A DNA stretch of 64,000 nt from Schizochytrium sp. TIO01 (taxonomy: Eukaryota; Protista; Bigyra: Labyrinthulomycetes), in contig SMSO01000032.1 in NCBI GenBank assembly GCA_004764695.1, positions 6,852,483 through 6,916,482 of the forward strand, written 5' to 3'. Below are positions 25,353 through 39,479 of the stretch, piece by piece (the stretch's first letter is position 1; each line of letters starts with the position of its first letter). Made by a program: the position numbers and the translations under genes. The notes below the pieces were generated by a model that was not told the DNA's origin, made no database searches, and saw nothing but the letters and a program-made list of their open reading frames with translations.

Positions 25353-28300
25353 CTATGAACAAGAGTATGATACGGTCGAAACGATATAAAGAGCTTCCTA
25401 CCTCATGATGATATCGATCCTACATCCCTAGTTTACAGGTTCGCACGGCCCAGCTCAGCACTAAGTACACTGGAGGATGGCATGGGAAGAACTTGCATAG
25501 CACGAGTACGTGGCCTCCATGGGCGAGAGGCTGGCACCCGACGACCCACGATGGTATGAGTCTTCTCAGAGTGATCCACAACTATAGTAAGACTAACGCG
25601 AGGCGCAGTCGAGGACATGGCGATGGCGGGCATCGTTACGATCAGTCTTGTTTGTTTTTCGTTTTGTTTTTTACAGCACAGGGTCTCGAGCACCTTGCAA
25701 GCCGAAGCGAGTGTTGCACGAGGAGAAGCAGTTGAGGGTCTGCTCCGAGGTTGGGCTTAGCCAAACGAGAGAGAAAGGTGCGCTTAGAGCGAATCTCTCG
25801 AAACTCTTTTAGCTAAAAGCAGTGCGGATGCTTGTGGGCCTGGTTCTTTGGAATTCAGGTTTTGCTGGTGCCTTGAGCTCGAAAGAAAATTTTAATATTA
25901 AAAAAAAAAAATAAGAGAGAGAAAGGGAGGAGAATTTGACAGTAAAATGAAACAAAGAGAGAGGGACTTTGAATTAAAAAATCACCAAGACGCTCAGTAT
26001 AAGAGATGGATACGTAGAAAAGGGCCAACAGCCGATCCTCCTATCCTGGACCATCATAAACATACTATTGCTGCTATGCATTGGCCAACAACTGCTGCCG
26101 AAAAGGTGACGATGCAAAAAAGTTGCTTGCTTCTGTTGCGTGGACGCCTAACTAAACTTACAATGGAGACGCTCCGATGATGGTAGCGAGATGCTCATTC
26201 TCCATTCGGATGCGTCCTGCGATGCTCCTGTGAGTGGCAAAGACCGCGGAAACGTCTCACAGGAAATCCTCACAAGAATTCTGATATCTATTTGTTTTTA
26301 AAATGTTGTCATCAATATTATTATTATTATTATTATATTATATGTATATATATATATTTTTAATTTAAATTTTAAAGATTCCAATTAAACGACTTACTTT
26401 TGAGAGGTAACTTTGTAAATATTTTCAAATAGTATTAGGTATAGCCTATACCATATTATTAAACTTGCTGATAAATTATGATTTTTTAAATTTTATTTTT
26501 AATTGATGAAACCAATGAAAGTATTTCTGTTTTCTTTATTTTACTCAAGGCAATTCTTCCATATAAGTCTTTCTCAGATTATCACTTCCATATTGAAAGC
26601 AAAGGGATTCACTTTCTGTGGCTGGCAATCCCAAACCGAAGTGGGGAGGGGCTTTCACAAGAGAAGCAAGGAATTTCATACAGAATATAGTGGTACCAGC
26701 AATAGACATTCAAAACTTTTTAAACCTAAAAGACGAAAAGAGATAAAAGTATTGAAGTATTACTACTCCATAAACTTCCACCTCCCAACTGAAAGCCCCA
26801 TCTTCCAGACTCCTCACAACTCAACTCCATAGGTTGATTTTATATTGGAAGTTATCACAATGAAAGGCAGGCTGCGTTCAATATTACAGCGTTAGCGATA
26901 AATTCATCTGTATCAAATAAAGATATCTGACTGTTAGAGCATCCGTAGCGTTAAAGGGAAGAAATCAGGAGCCACTATTGTTTGAAACAAGGAAAGCTTT
27001 CATCCTAAGATTTACGACATTTATAAAATGAAAATACTAGTGTGTTTATATATTAGAGACCCTTTATGGCATATACTGAGAAAGCCAAGGGAGAGCTGTT
27101 TCAAAGTAAAAGTCGAGTAGGTTAATCATACAACTCATAGGTTGAGTAAGTTTGCAGTGTATAGAATAATGTCATGAGAACCCAACCAAATAAACAACTC
27201 TCCAAGTACATGGATGGCCTTAATTTGCATCATCGATACGTTTCGGTGCGGTCTTGTTGTTTGATGAGATATTAAATCCTCAATACGTCGTCCAACATTT
27301 ACTCAGAAAGACTAAGTGCAATTTAGACATTCTGTTTCTTAATGATCATTCAAAAAGGTGGTGCTCTCAAACAATATTGTCTCCTAGAATTTCATGGCGT
27401 CCAGCTCTCCGAAAAAAGGCTTGCAAATCTAGAGATTATATGGTACTTATTTTAATCTGTGCTCCTTGAAGTTTGCAAATCCCATATTCTCAATTATTGT
27501 TGGCGAATATAAATCTGAGAATAGCAATCTATCAAAATTGCCATCTGCCCTAGAGAATAGTTTCCATAACGACATGCGGCTGCCGGTTCTTTAATTTCTA
27601 ATCTCTACAGAAACCCGGAAAGCTAAACAAAATAAATGATTATATTTACATAAATATAGTGTGCAATTTACAAGAACTAGTGTATACCCCTATCATTTCA
27701 TTTCGATATTTTTGTTTATTTTAAAATAAGTTTAGTTATTAATGTTATTTATTCTAAAGAAAAGGATTTCAAATGACAGAAAAACAAATGAAGGGAAAAA
27801 GTAAGACAAAAGTTAAGGGAAGCATGCTAAGTATTTATACCTACTCATTTGACTCGAATGAGTGCAGATAAAATTCTTACCACTCCCCAATAGGTTCTTA
27901 TTGAGAACGGTCTCTCCAGCCTTGACTAGGACGCTTCACTTCAAGCGTCGGAGTGGTGGCTTGAAGTTCTTGCTTGCCGGGGATAGCAGAGCTCTCACCA
28001 GCAGCTCCAAAGGATATGCCTCCTGCCCATAATCTTCGGATGAACAATCAGAAGAAAGAAAACTCAAATGCACTATACTACCATATGCGAATGCGAAAGA
28101 ATACGACCATACGTGTATGTGTAGAACAAAGCCCATATGCGAACCGTGGGCATGCTCAGCAGCTCTACTGATCAATAATGTTCATAAATCACTGCGTACT
28201 GGTTTCCATAGGGATAGTCTTGCCCAGAAAGTGCAAGCCACGCCAATCTCTGGCGCTGATAACCTCCCAAGAAACCTGCTCGTCTCCAACTTGACTATTA

Positions 28301-30700
28301 AAATTGCAACGTTGAAGATTTTAGCGGTGCTTTGAAGAAAGCAAACCGCGTCGTTTGAACGAACTTCGATAGTTTTCCCAAACAAAGACTCGTCTTCGAG
28401 GTAGGCAACTTCGACGACGGTGGTATCTCAATCCATACACATGCCGTGACATTTTCTCATCGTCTAAATTCTCACAAGCAGCAGCAAAACGCCTAGACCA
28501 CACCAACACATAAGCTCGAAACCTTGCCTGTTTAGGTGGTACACACTACTTTAATGCATTTTCCCATCATATTACGTGTCAATGCCACACACTCGCACGT
28601 GGCTTTTCACCTTTCTGGTGGCCACGACACCAGGCTCTCCTTCTAGGGCCACACCTATTCCATTCGATTTGAACCTGTTTGGATGAGAAAAATCAGATCG
28701 ACAGAATTCACTCATAGCATGTGGGAGTTTATTTCACTAGTGACTCCTATCAACCCTTATACTTGCATTTATCTCCATATGTTTTATTTGAATCAGGTAG
28801 GATTTTATAATTAGCATGTCAAACTAAAAAAACTAACTTTTTTTTTTTCTTTTTTTCTTTTTCGAAATAAAGCATCACATCCTACTATATAAATTTTGCT
28901 CTAGTACTTTTTCACCCAACATTACTACAGTCTATCAGATACATAATATTAATTCGCAGTATGCTATTTTTTTAATCGTAGGTTCCTAACACCCCTAAGC
29001 AAGCAAGGTGTCCAAAGGAAGACCTAGAAGGGAAGCCTCGATGGTCTTACAAATGAAGAATAAAATGTGTTAATGTTTCGCGGGATCCTGAAGGTAACAC
29101 CATTGACATCAATACTTTTTTAATTATATATTCTTTGCATGAGTATATGTAGTTTAATTATAATAAAAAATCAATGCTTATAATAAAAGTTTAATGGAAT
29201 ATTGTACTATTTTCTTAGTTGTTATCATTCTGAAAAGAAGAAGACGCAGAGCAACTGATTCTTTAAAATTAAAAAGAAACTCTTTTAATTCTTCTAGGCC
29301 CATTTATCCACAGGATGGGCCCGTTGGTGTTCGCCCAGATAACACTTTCCATCCGCAATTGCGTTTCGTCCTGATAGTTTCGGTCGGTTTGATGGCTCTG
29401 GGGTCTTGCTCAATATAGGGCCTCTGGAAAGCCAGAAGTAGATGTCGCTGGCACGCGGAGTTCGCCTCTTGAAACTCCTCCGGCATCGTAAAACCCTCAA
29501 CTCAACAGCATTATACTATGATAAGTTGCTTTGAGTTCTACACTGGCGAAGTGCTAGACTAGGCTTATAAGACACACGAACTATTGAATAGAGATAAAGA
29601 GCCTTTCTGGTGAGTTGCATCGCCACGCTTGGCTCTTTCGGAAGGCGATCTTTACACAGATCGATCTTAGGATTCCCAATCAACAAAAATTTGATGAAAA
29701 AGGGAAAAGAAAACAGCACTATTATTGTTTATGACATCATGGTCTTACACCTTGAAAGATGCAACTTAAAAAGAAAAGATCCTCGACAGTCTTGTGATAA
29801 GCCCTCTGGTATATTCCCGAAGCAGGGCAGGTAATGTCACCATGTTTGGCTAGCACCAGACACACTTCGTTAACAAAGCAGCTGCACAATTCTTTGGCTA
29901 TGCTGGTATTATTTCTCCTTATTGTACTGGCACTCGCAGTGCACCGTCACAGCTTGCTTGGGCTGGCCGGAGGTTACGCTGCCTCTCCAGCTTGCTCCAA
30001 GTGCGCCCACGCGACGGGTCCAGTGCGGTCGATACCTAGAGCAAGTTGAGATTGCCTTTTCGACCGAATTTGATCAAGCAAATTGTCCTGCTTACGTGTC
30101 TTCCATAAGCATCGGTTGCCCTCGCAGGTCCACATGCAACCCGACAATTCCGAAGGTTTTCATTAATAAAGCGATTCGTCGTTCCTCGCAAAGAAGAAAG
30201 AGCTCTTAGTGGGCTATCGCTCAGCTCGAAGGCATTGCGTGCACGTCACCGCCAATTGTCACCGCTTGTAGGCAGCAGAATAAACGCACTTTGCTACCTC
30301 TCGCTCTTGCTTTGAACTCTCACAATCTATGCTTCATCCTTTTATTACATTCGTGCGACTCAAAATGCAAATAAACAAATAATGAAATACATACACAAAT
30401 ACATTTATTTTAAAAAAAAAACGATGACTTCGTCACAACGGTAATCTCCTTATCGCCCGTATGTGTTTGCTATGAGTGCGCTTGGTGGTTCTGAAGCAGG
30501 TACGTGTGTGACCACCTTGAATTCGATCGGAGAGACCTCACACGAGAGGAAGCAGAACAGTAAAAAGTACGAAATGCGACGAGGCATCCCGGACGAGTCT
30601 TCTGACGCTAACGGCACCGCCACCAACAGCTATTTCGTGGAAGACAACTTCGGTTGGTGAACCTGCCCAACTCGGGGCGACTCGCTTCTTCCAATGGTAG

Positions 30701-31212
30701 TCATTCTGTGAGCTTGCGAGGAACTTTCGAAAGGCGCGACACATTTTGAAGGACATGAATCTAATATTGTCGGATACCACACTTGAGTGCCTTGAAAAAT
30801 GCCAAGGATTCCTAGCTAATTCACAAGTTGGAAAGCTTCTTCTGAGGCAGTTTAGGTTTTTCAATCGATTGAATGAAGGCTTGCCATATTCTGCTATCAT
30901 GAATGGTCTAGCGCACGAGCACCGAATGAGTTTGCTTTCTAGCACTCGGTCGTGTCAAAGAGTTTATTTTGCCTTTGCCTTTTTCTTTTCTTTTCTTTTC
31001 TTTTTTTCATTTTATTTTTATTCATCCTTTTTTATTCATTTCTTTTTTAAATTAAAAAGAATGAGTAAGAAAGGAACCTAAGAGCCAAAGAAAACCCCTC
31101 CCAATAAACTGAACTGGAAATCGCTGCAAACAGAGGTCTTCGGTGGACCATACCATCGAAGGGCCTATCTCCGGGGCACCGCAACCTATGCAACAATGTA
31201 CGATACATTAGA
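30701..31212 (+). pseudogene. Pentatricopeptide-repeat (PPR) protein pseudogene fragment
   Basis: 'RNFRKARHILKDM', 'YSAIMNGLA' and, after an AT-rich block, 'KGLSP/GTATYATMYDTL' match PPR consensus pieces. Confidence 0.4.
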
Positions 31213-32439
31213 ACTCGACAATCAAGTATTCCTGCAAAATCTAATTATTAATTCAAAAGTGGATTGCCAGGTTGTGATTACCATGTCAATAAACTTCAAA
31301 CGGTTACACAAAAAAGCATGTGCTAGTTCAAGTTTTAGTTCGATTTAATCCTCCTAAGGGTTTCAAGGTCCTCGTGAGGGTCATAGCTCAGACGCCTAAC
31401 TATCTCTACTTTCACGCGCGACTCCACACTTACTCATCAACCTTTATTCTCTGCGGATCAATGTCTGTCTCATATTACTACATTTAGCTCAAGAAAGGTA
31501 AACACAGACATAGGTCGAAGTTTCACTTTGATGAAACAACACAATCAACCTTTTTTAATGGAAATCCTCTTTTTGTTAGCTTTTCCATAGATTGTCATAT
31601 CTAGAAATCTGGGATAATCTTGAGGCGAATCGACTTACTGAAAAGAGAGAAAAAGGAACCTAATCCCTCCTTCACAACCCCCAAGAGCGACGGTGGGCAC
31701 GTGATAATGTTCGACAGTTTGCAAAGAAACATAAAAAAGTAGTTGAGATAAGTGAAAGTCAAAGATGGCTTCCACGCAGGAAGGCTCACTCTCCTGCTGG
31801 CAGTTGTTGGAATGTAATCTGAAGATAATTGGTTTTTATTTGTCAGATAGTGCAGGATCTCAAATTCAATTGTTATTAAGTGTTTATTATAATCAAGAAC
31901 GAAATATAAAACTATCCATGCTCAAATGTAGATAATCATCATCGTGGCCTGCAACACGACTCAAGGCGGAACCAGAAGACTCAGCGTCGGAGACAATCTT
32001 GACTTTTTACTTTTGTCTTCTTTTATCAGCCGCCTCCCCGCACCCCGACTGCATCCATGGCAGACGCCGCAGGCAACTTCCGAGTAGCGGAAACAAGCGA
32101 GTATCAATAATTCGTGCTGGAAAGACTCGCGATTCCTTTCTTATTACATCTAAAAGAAGTTTTAGTAATCTTTGTTGTTTTCTTTCATGCTGGCCTAGCT
32201 TCAAAGTAATAAGTATATATATGTACAAATTTATGTATTGAATATATATATATAAATTATAAGTGAAAAAAAAACAAAAAAACTTAAACATGACGAGGGA
32301 GGGTCAATTTATCGAATAAATAGCCAGATTTGACGCGCGAGGCAGTTATGCTGTAGATACCTTTCATCGAAGTTTGCCTTGTCAGAATCAGCAAGTCAGT
32401 CTAGGTTACGCCACTAAGGGTTCCGAAGATCCGAAACAC

Positions 32440-33445
32440 GAAGAAGAAAAACCTCTGATCAGAATAAAACACCTCGGTTGGGAATAATGGTAAGTGAAAA
32501 ATGATACTTCACAAAAGAAGTTTTCCTTCATCCACAAAGTGGAACATTTTATTCATAGAGATCTTGTTTCCATTTCTACTGCGTTTGTGTTGGAGCGATG
32601 GAAAGCAATTAGCATTGGCAATTGTTGTCAATGAATGACCCAGTATTCTGATTGGTCTTGCAATGTTCTACCGATAGCTTATATTTACAATGAAAGTATT
32701 GTCTGATCGCAAATGTAAACTATTCATATACTTCGATACTTTGACTCTACAAATCAAGATATAAAGTTTTTCGGAAGCATGTAGGAGATGGATCTATAGA
32801 AATCTGGCAATATTGATTCAATAAAATTGGTATTTCAATCAATTAATTGTGAATAATTTCGCAGAATTACAAAGAACAAATATTAATGAATAAAAAGTCT
32901 GAATACCACTAAATTCAGAATAAAAACAATTATCAAAGCAAAAAAAAAGTGAACTATTAGTAAAAAAAGAAAAAAAGGGGAAAACTATTACTACCAAAAG
33001 CAACAACACATTATTGGACAACGAGTATTTGAAGAGGTTAGTTATGAAACGAAAAGTTGTATCGTGGAAAACTACATCGCGATTAAGTCTGTAGAGGTAT
33101 TTTTATTCTCCTACAGCATTTCTGCATCCGAAGTTTCCGACCATACTTTAAGTTTGTGCTTTGACTGATAAGTATAGTTGCCAATTGTTTAGGTTTCACA
33201 TTTTGTTTCAACTTGGAAGTTTTCATGCTATATTTTATAATGTTGCTAGAGCTCTGCTGGAGGCCCACTCTGTGAGTACCAGACCACGTGTAATATATAT
33301 TTCCTGTCAGCTCTAATGTCGTAGTCGCAGGATGTGTACTTTCTCCTATTACTCCCTCTTCCACACTTATTATTTGTTGAAAAAATAGTTGGTTTGGGGA
33401 TGTGATGAAGGCATACCAATCTACATTCGTAGCAGTAGCTTAAGT
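32440..33445 (-). mobile_element. Decayed non-LTR (LINE) apurinic-endonuclease domain
   Basis: Ordered motifs: 'AT.TNV', 'GVIGESTH', 'GNIYYTWSGTHRVG', 'SPT', 'RNG...MFHFVDEGKLLL*SIIF', 'SDQR' (cf. APE: ATxNV, DIIGLSETH, YxFFWSG..GVG, YAPT, NG..L.F....L.I.NT.F, SDH). Confidence 0.5.
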
Positions 33446-36178
33446 TCTTTTCATTATCAGGTTGATTTATAATACGAATATTTTTACTTTATTTTTTTAA
33501 TGTTTTGGAGGTTCTCTCGCCCCAAGCTTCAATTAATTGTTTTATTTATATACTAGATCTACTTTAGGTCGTTCGTGGAATCATAGACCTTCTGAAACAT
33601 ATATCTTTAAATGATGATCTGTAGACGAGTAAGCTTCTCTTACTTCTCTTAACTATGGCTTACTCGTATGACGATTGACCAAATAAACCAGCTTTACTTG
33701 AATCCAACCAAATAATCCAGGCACGCCAGGAACTGCGCTACTTGAAAACCAAGTCGCTATTTCGTGAACGAGCACGTGGTCCCCAGTAGGAAAAATGCGG
33801 AAAAAATGTTTTTTAGGTTTCCTTTTTTTAAATAGTAGTAGAGAAAAGCATAACATCTGCCTGGAGAAAAATGAGTACCTTGGTAAAAGTAAATTATTCA
33901 GGATACCGTCTCTCCATCTCCAGTTAAGATCAACCTCGCTGCAAGTAGGATGGAGGTATATTCATGATTAGAGCCATTTGCTGGCGGATTATCTCGAGTT
34001 TCTAGTGGCTTTGCTCGCTATCCGAGTAAAAACTTCATCGCGCATGTTTGCCCCCCTCCCATGCAAGTTTTCATTTAATAAATAAATAAATAAATGAATG
34101 AATGAAAATATAAAGGGAAGGAAGGACCTAGTAGTACCTGCTTCCTTTCGTATATTATTTTCTGTTTCAGATTAAGAAAAGTGAGCCTTAATTTAACCGG
34201 AGGACATGGGTATGGCTAATTGCCTCGCGAGGCCTCGACGCCCACACGTCGGACGCAGCATCCAAGGCTTTCCATCTTGCATCTCATTGATCAGCACCTG
34301 CTCACGCTCACTACCATACTTATTAAACCTTCTGTATTATAATTAATAGAATTAAATATTCTACAAACTAGGAAAGGTACTTTCCTTTCCTTTACTTCAA
34401 GCTAGATAATTAAGTCATCTAAATCCATTAGCGCTTGCAGAAATAGGGTCGTCGTGCCGCTTTGCCATATTTCTGACTTGAGCGGTGCCTTTCTTTGCAT
34501 TCCTTCCCACGCCTTCCCACGCCTTCCCCCATGTTTAATTGAACTGAGATGCCAAGCCTACTTTTCTCACACAAGAATTCTGCAAAGTTTGTGAGAAATT
34601 GCAGCGATTGGAAGCAACGCACACTTGGGCGTAGGTGAGTGAGGGGCTGGAGTATGCATAAAGCAGGTCGAGGTGAGTCATTCAAGGAATCTGCAATTGC
34701 GATAGTGCGGTGCGTCGCACTCCAAGCCCGATTCGGCGGTCTCAAGTCCTATTTGGGGAAGCCGCAACGGAGGCTGGCGTGCTGCCAGGAAGAATACCTA
34801 TCCATGTAAGGCGATTCTCCCAATCTTATCCAAAGCACGGGAGCATTGATAAGCGATCCTTCCAATTAAAGGATTTAATTGCCTCAACCAAATCGAAGGT
34901 CTTCACACGATTAAAACTTACAACATCCTCAGCAATGAAATGGTTGAAGGCGGTGCTCCACGCTGAATGGCTTCCAGGAGCCCTCACAATTTGGGGAGAA
35001 TGTTTAGTTGTTTAACTTGCTCCTGACTTTTGTTTCGCGAATCACTTTATTACAATCGAGCCTAAAGTGGTGCAGACACTCAAAGTAGACATTCGACATT
35101 GGCTTTAATTTGGGTTTCCGCGCAATTCGCAGGGTTGATAAGAGTTGCAGTGAGCTGGTTAGAATACTTTGAAAACTAAATGAATTTCAATATATTGTTT
35201 ATTGAGTGGTCCTGAATAGGCCAAGGTTCCAAAGTCTCATTCGATTTCCATATTCATAAAAAATTTCACCAGTTCTGTTGTATTCGGCAACATATGCAAA
35301 AAACGAAAAAGAAAAAGAAAAAAGATATCATAGATTTCAGGTTTTCTGATATCGGTGTATCATATTCTTGATGTCAGGGCAATACTGCTGCGTCAATTGT
35401 AGAAACCATTCCTCTTTGAAATCCTGTACGCCAGACAACTCCTTGTAGTGAGGGACCCTGCATGGGCCAGCAGGATAGACAAGATACTAATAGGTATTGT
35501 TCGAATGTTTCGTTCGTATAAACTGAGTGGGCTATCCAAAATAATGTAAGAAGAGTGATTCGAGGGAAACTTGCTGGTTACATCATGGAAAGTTGCCCTA
35601 GAACCAAAGTTTAAGGAAACCTATTAATCTATGAACCTTGTGTAGAGCATCAGGAAAAATAATGGTGCTTATCTAATCTATTGTACAATGGTAACCTCAC
35701 AGTAGAGCTGAGACCAGCAGCATCGCGGGTTCTCATCCTTTCCTACAAAGGTATGCCTTCTTTCATAACTTGGCTCACATTTGCGAAATGGCCGTCGCGG
35801 TCTCACGGTGAATCCTTCTTTTTAAAACCTTGTGAAATCATTTAATGATACCTTCCGTATCTTTTATTTTACTACAATTCTTATATTGTTTGATATCCTA
35901 GTTTTCAAAAGCATTGGAAAACCTTCTTAACAGTTATTTTAAAAAAACTAAAAAAAAAAAACTAGTCTATTCAAAAAGGTATTTAGTCCGTGTGTTAAAT
36001 AATAGTTTTTAATTTTTAGTAAATGATTTTGCGCTAAAATCTATTCCGAGAAAGCACTTCACGCCCTATTAGATGACATTAGTTTGGCATAGCAATACCT
36101 ACGATTACCTTACCTTGCGTGTGCTTCTCTTTGCACAAAAGTATGCTTCCCTCGCTCATAAGCTGGGCTCACAAGAAG

Positions 36179-36217
36179 AGCAAGAGTAGCAGCAAGAGTA
36201 GCAGCAAGAGTAGCAGC
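36179..36217. repeat. 12-bp tandem repeat (AGCAAGAGTAGC)x3
   Basis: Directly visible. Confidence 0.85.
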
Positions 36218-38944
36218 GGATAAAGAAAAGGATGTATACTCATATCACTGCCTGCTTCCTCTGGGCCTATCTCACAATAGGTAGGTAAGATAGGTAAGGC
36301 ATTCTTTATTCTATCACAGCCCAACCCAAAGTGTGTGTTTTCTGGACGCTTAGAATGCATCTGGTGTGGGTCTAAAACTCATCATACTCCGCTAGCTTGC
36401 AATTAGACAACTTGCTTTTTTACTGCTACTACTACCAGTTCTTTTTATCTATATTGTTTACTACTAGTAACTGTTAGCTACTAACAGAACATCTCATTAC
36501 CACACATATCCATGCGCGCGCTTAAAGTCATGAGAAAAACGCAAGATTGAAACTTGTCACGATCGCTGAAGCTTTACCGAGTATCCAGATGAATAGCTTC
36601 ACCCACAATCAAAATCAAACGGAAGCCAACAAGCACCATCGAGCTGCTTAGATGAAATAACTGTACATTATATCGCCTTTGAGAAATTTGCCTAAACCTT
36701 CGATTTTTTTTGTCAAACTCTCACCAATTGGCTGCAGAAAGTTCTGGCCCATATATTTGTAGGTAAAAGATGATGACGTATTATTTAAATACGTTTAGTG
36801 TGAACCATGAGATCTAATGTTCGGGAGTGTCCTTGTCGGGACGCTTCAACTCGAATAAAGGTCCAAAAAACGACCGAGGTGGGGCCTGACGGCCTCTTTG
36901 TACTCTATGAATTCGCGTCTTTCATGGCTTTTCGAACCCCTCGCATATTCATGCAGGATGAAAGCTAATGGAGCTTTGTTTGCTTCACCTGTCGGCGAAC
37001 CAGCAAGCTAGTGTGGGAATATTTATACTCGCGTGTAGTGGCGCAGAAAAAGCTCCACTAAGTTGGAGGTACAACAAAGATTACTCCTGCTTTGGTTGAT
37101 GGTCTCGGCTGGCAGTTAGCACAACAGTGAAAGGCGATAATGGCATGTCCTCACAACAACCCTCAAGCATATACCTGTCTCTATCATACGCATGGTCTAA
37201 ATAATCCTTGGTCTTGATAGAGCCGTGCACGTTTTTGCTCCTTCAGCTGCTCCTACGGGCGCCATTTTATGGATGCTATTCTCTAGCTAGAGAGTAATAC
37301 AATAATAAGACTCTCGCATGTTGCCACTAACTTGTTACTAAACAGAACTCCCCCATCTTCTTTCTTCAAAGGGACTTTTCGGGACGTTCAAAAGAGTGAA
37401 CCGGGCGTAGTAGTGGCGAATCACCTGCGATCTTGGATGGCTACATACGGACCAGCCAACAACTGTGGCGTGCGAACTTGGCTTTTAACATGCCTTTTCA
37501 GTTGGTGCGCGGTTGTTGTGAGGATTTGTCGAGTAATTTGTAATTTGGTGATCAACCATTACCCTATGCGCAAAGTAGAGTTTGAGGACATATTAATGAC
37601 GGAGAGATGGATTGCATCGAGAGAGTCTCCCTGGCAAAATAGAAAACACGGCGGATTAAGTGGCGATTGTTTAGCAGCAAGTCTTGTGCGGCAATTCACT
37701 GGTACTATTCAAAGGCTCAGTATGATAGACCAACTCTCCTCATAGATAAGAAGATCGCCCACACCTCCCGCGTTTCACCAAGCTATTTTCTGGTAATTAA
37801 TAGAAGGTCTATTTTGTATGGTATGCATGTGTGAATTTAAAGAACACAATCAACTTTGCATCACAACATACACAAGGAGATTGAACTTAGAGCGCCCAGA
37901 TGCGTTTTTCATTTACATTGTGTGAAAAACAACAATATTATGACAATTATACTTACTGTTGATGATTGATCTTGTCGAGCTGGGTGACCATCGTTAAGAG
38001 TGTTGGTCTTTACTCTCTATGCGATAAAATCCAAGAATACATTAGATAGCACACATTCAATATTCGTCTAAACAATGTTCGATTCAGCAATCGATCCGTC
38101 CGCAACATCGACCCAGTTCAAGGGTTCATTTGGACAGCAGCAACGTCACGAATCTTAATCTCTCCTTACTAGACGTTGAACTACTTGGCCTGCTCCTACA
38201 ATAATAAAGCCAAAGAGAAGGGAAAAGTGTTTAGGCCTAAATATTATAATCTGGGAGACTGCGAACTTTTGTAAGAGAAATCCAAAGGTGCAAAAGTTCC
38301 GACAACTTCGCTATGCTCTGCTTGCAGCCTTCTTTCGCCCCGCTGTCTTGGTTTTCGCAGAGAAATATCGAATAATGTATGAGACCAAACAATTGTTGGA
38401 AGCTTCAAAAATGCACCTGAAGCGAATCAAGGATGACATGAGCTCTCATGTGTCTCTATAAATATGACATCATTTCTGATAAGCCGCCTTATCTGTTCTA
38501 TCCGCATTCTCTCTTTCTCTTTCTCTCTCTCGTTCCTGTCTTTAGTAGTTTAGTACTACTAAATCAACAAAAAAACCTTCATCTTAACTTTAAAAATAAG
38601 TTTTTGGTAAATAACAATAATAAGGGAATAAGAGAACAACTGAAATATTCTGCCTTTAGAATTAATCATATGTACATTCATCCTTTGATCACCTCTTTTT
38701 GTACGCGTGAAACAGTTTATTCTTGTAACCATTTTTACAGCCCTAGCAATCAAAGAGCACGTCGGCAGTTCGAGAGATAAAATTTTACGTAATCTGTTTA
38801 TTGTTTAGATAGCTTTCTCATACATTACGAAACTTCTTTGTTTATTGCGACCTCGAGTCTGACGACCCATTCTTTTTCCTGCATCCAGCCACGAAATAGG
38901 AAACTTCAGTTGCTTTTAGTTAACTTGTCATCATAAAATCTAAT

Positions 38945-39204
38945 CTTTTCTTTTCTTTGCTTTGCTTTGCTTTGCTTTGCTTTGCTTTGCTTTGCTTTGC
39001 TTTGCTTTTCTTTTCTTTGCTTTGCTTTGCTTTGCTTTGCTTTGCTTTGCTTTGCTTTGCTTTGCTTTGCTTTGCTTTGCTTTGCTTTGCTTTGCTTTGC
39101 TTTGCTTTGCTTTGCTTTGCTTTGCTTTGCTTTGCTTTGCTTTGCTTTGCTTTGCTTTGCTTTGCTTTGCTTTGCTTTGCTTTGCTTTGCTTTGCTTTGC
39201 TTTG
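38945..39204. repeat. Long (CTTTG)n microsatellite, ~260 bp, with a few CTTTT variant units
   Basis: About 50 tandem pentamers. Confidence 0.98.
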
Positions 39205-39479
39205 TTTATATTTAAATTTTTATTTACTTTTGCAATTGGTTGGTACCTACCATTATAGAATCAACTACACACAGCTGGCATTTGTTATAAATGCTCATAA
39301 AATCTTATTTTCTTTTTCTTTTATAAATTTCGAAGGAGTTCTTAGTCAGCAGGTATAGATATATACGATAAAATGAGGCTTGAGTAATGTTAGCTTTCTT
39401 CATATATGAAACCTGCCAAATAAGAGGGTGTGTCTCAAGATGAATAACTCTCAAGTGCGCACTAGAACTTCATGCTATC

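Noticed and set aside
31141-31190. ggaccatacc, resembling the 5S rRNA 5' end
   Set aside because: Downstream sequence does not follow 5S; better explained as part of the PPR remnant.
37975-38035. tRNA-like start (gagctgggtgaccatcgttaagagtgttggtctt)
   Set aside because: No TPsiC arm (GTTCRA) and no acceptor-stem pairing.
38957-39358. ORFs of (LCFAL)n, also 151-396
   Set aside because: They are translations of the CTTTG microsatellite.
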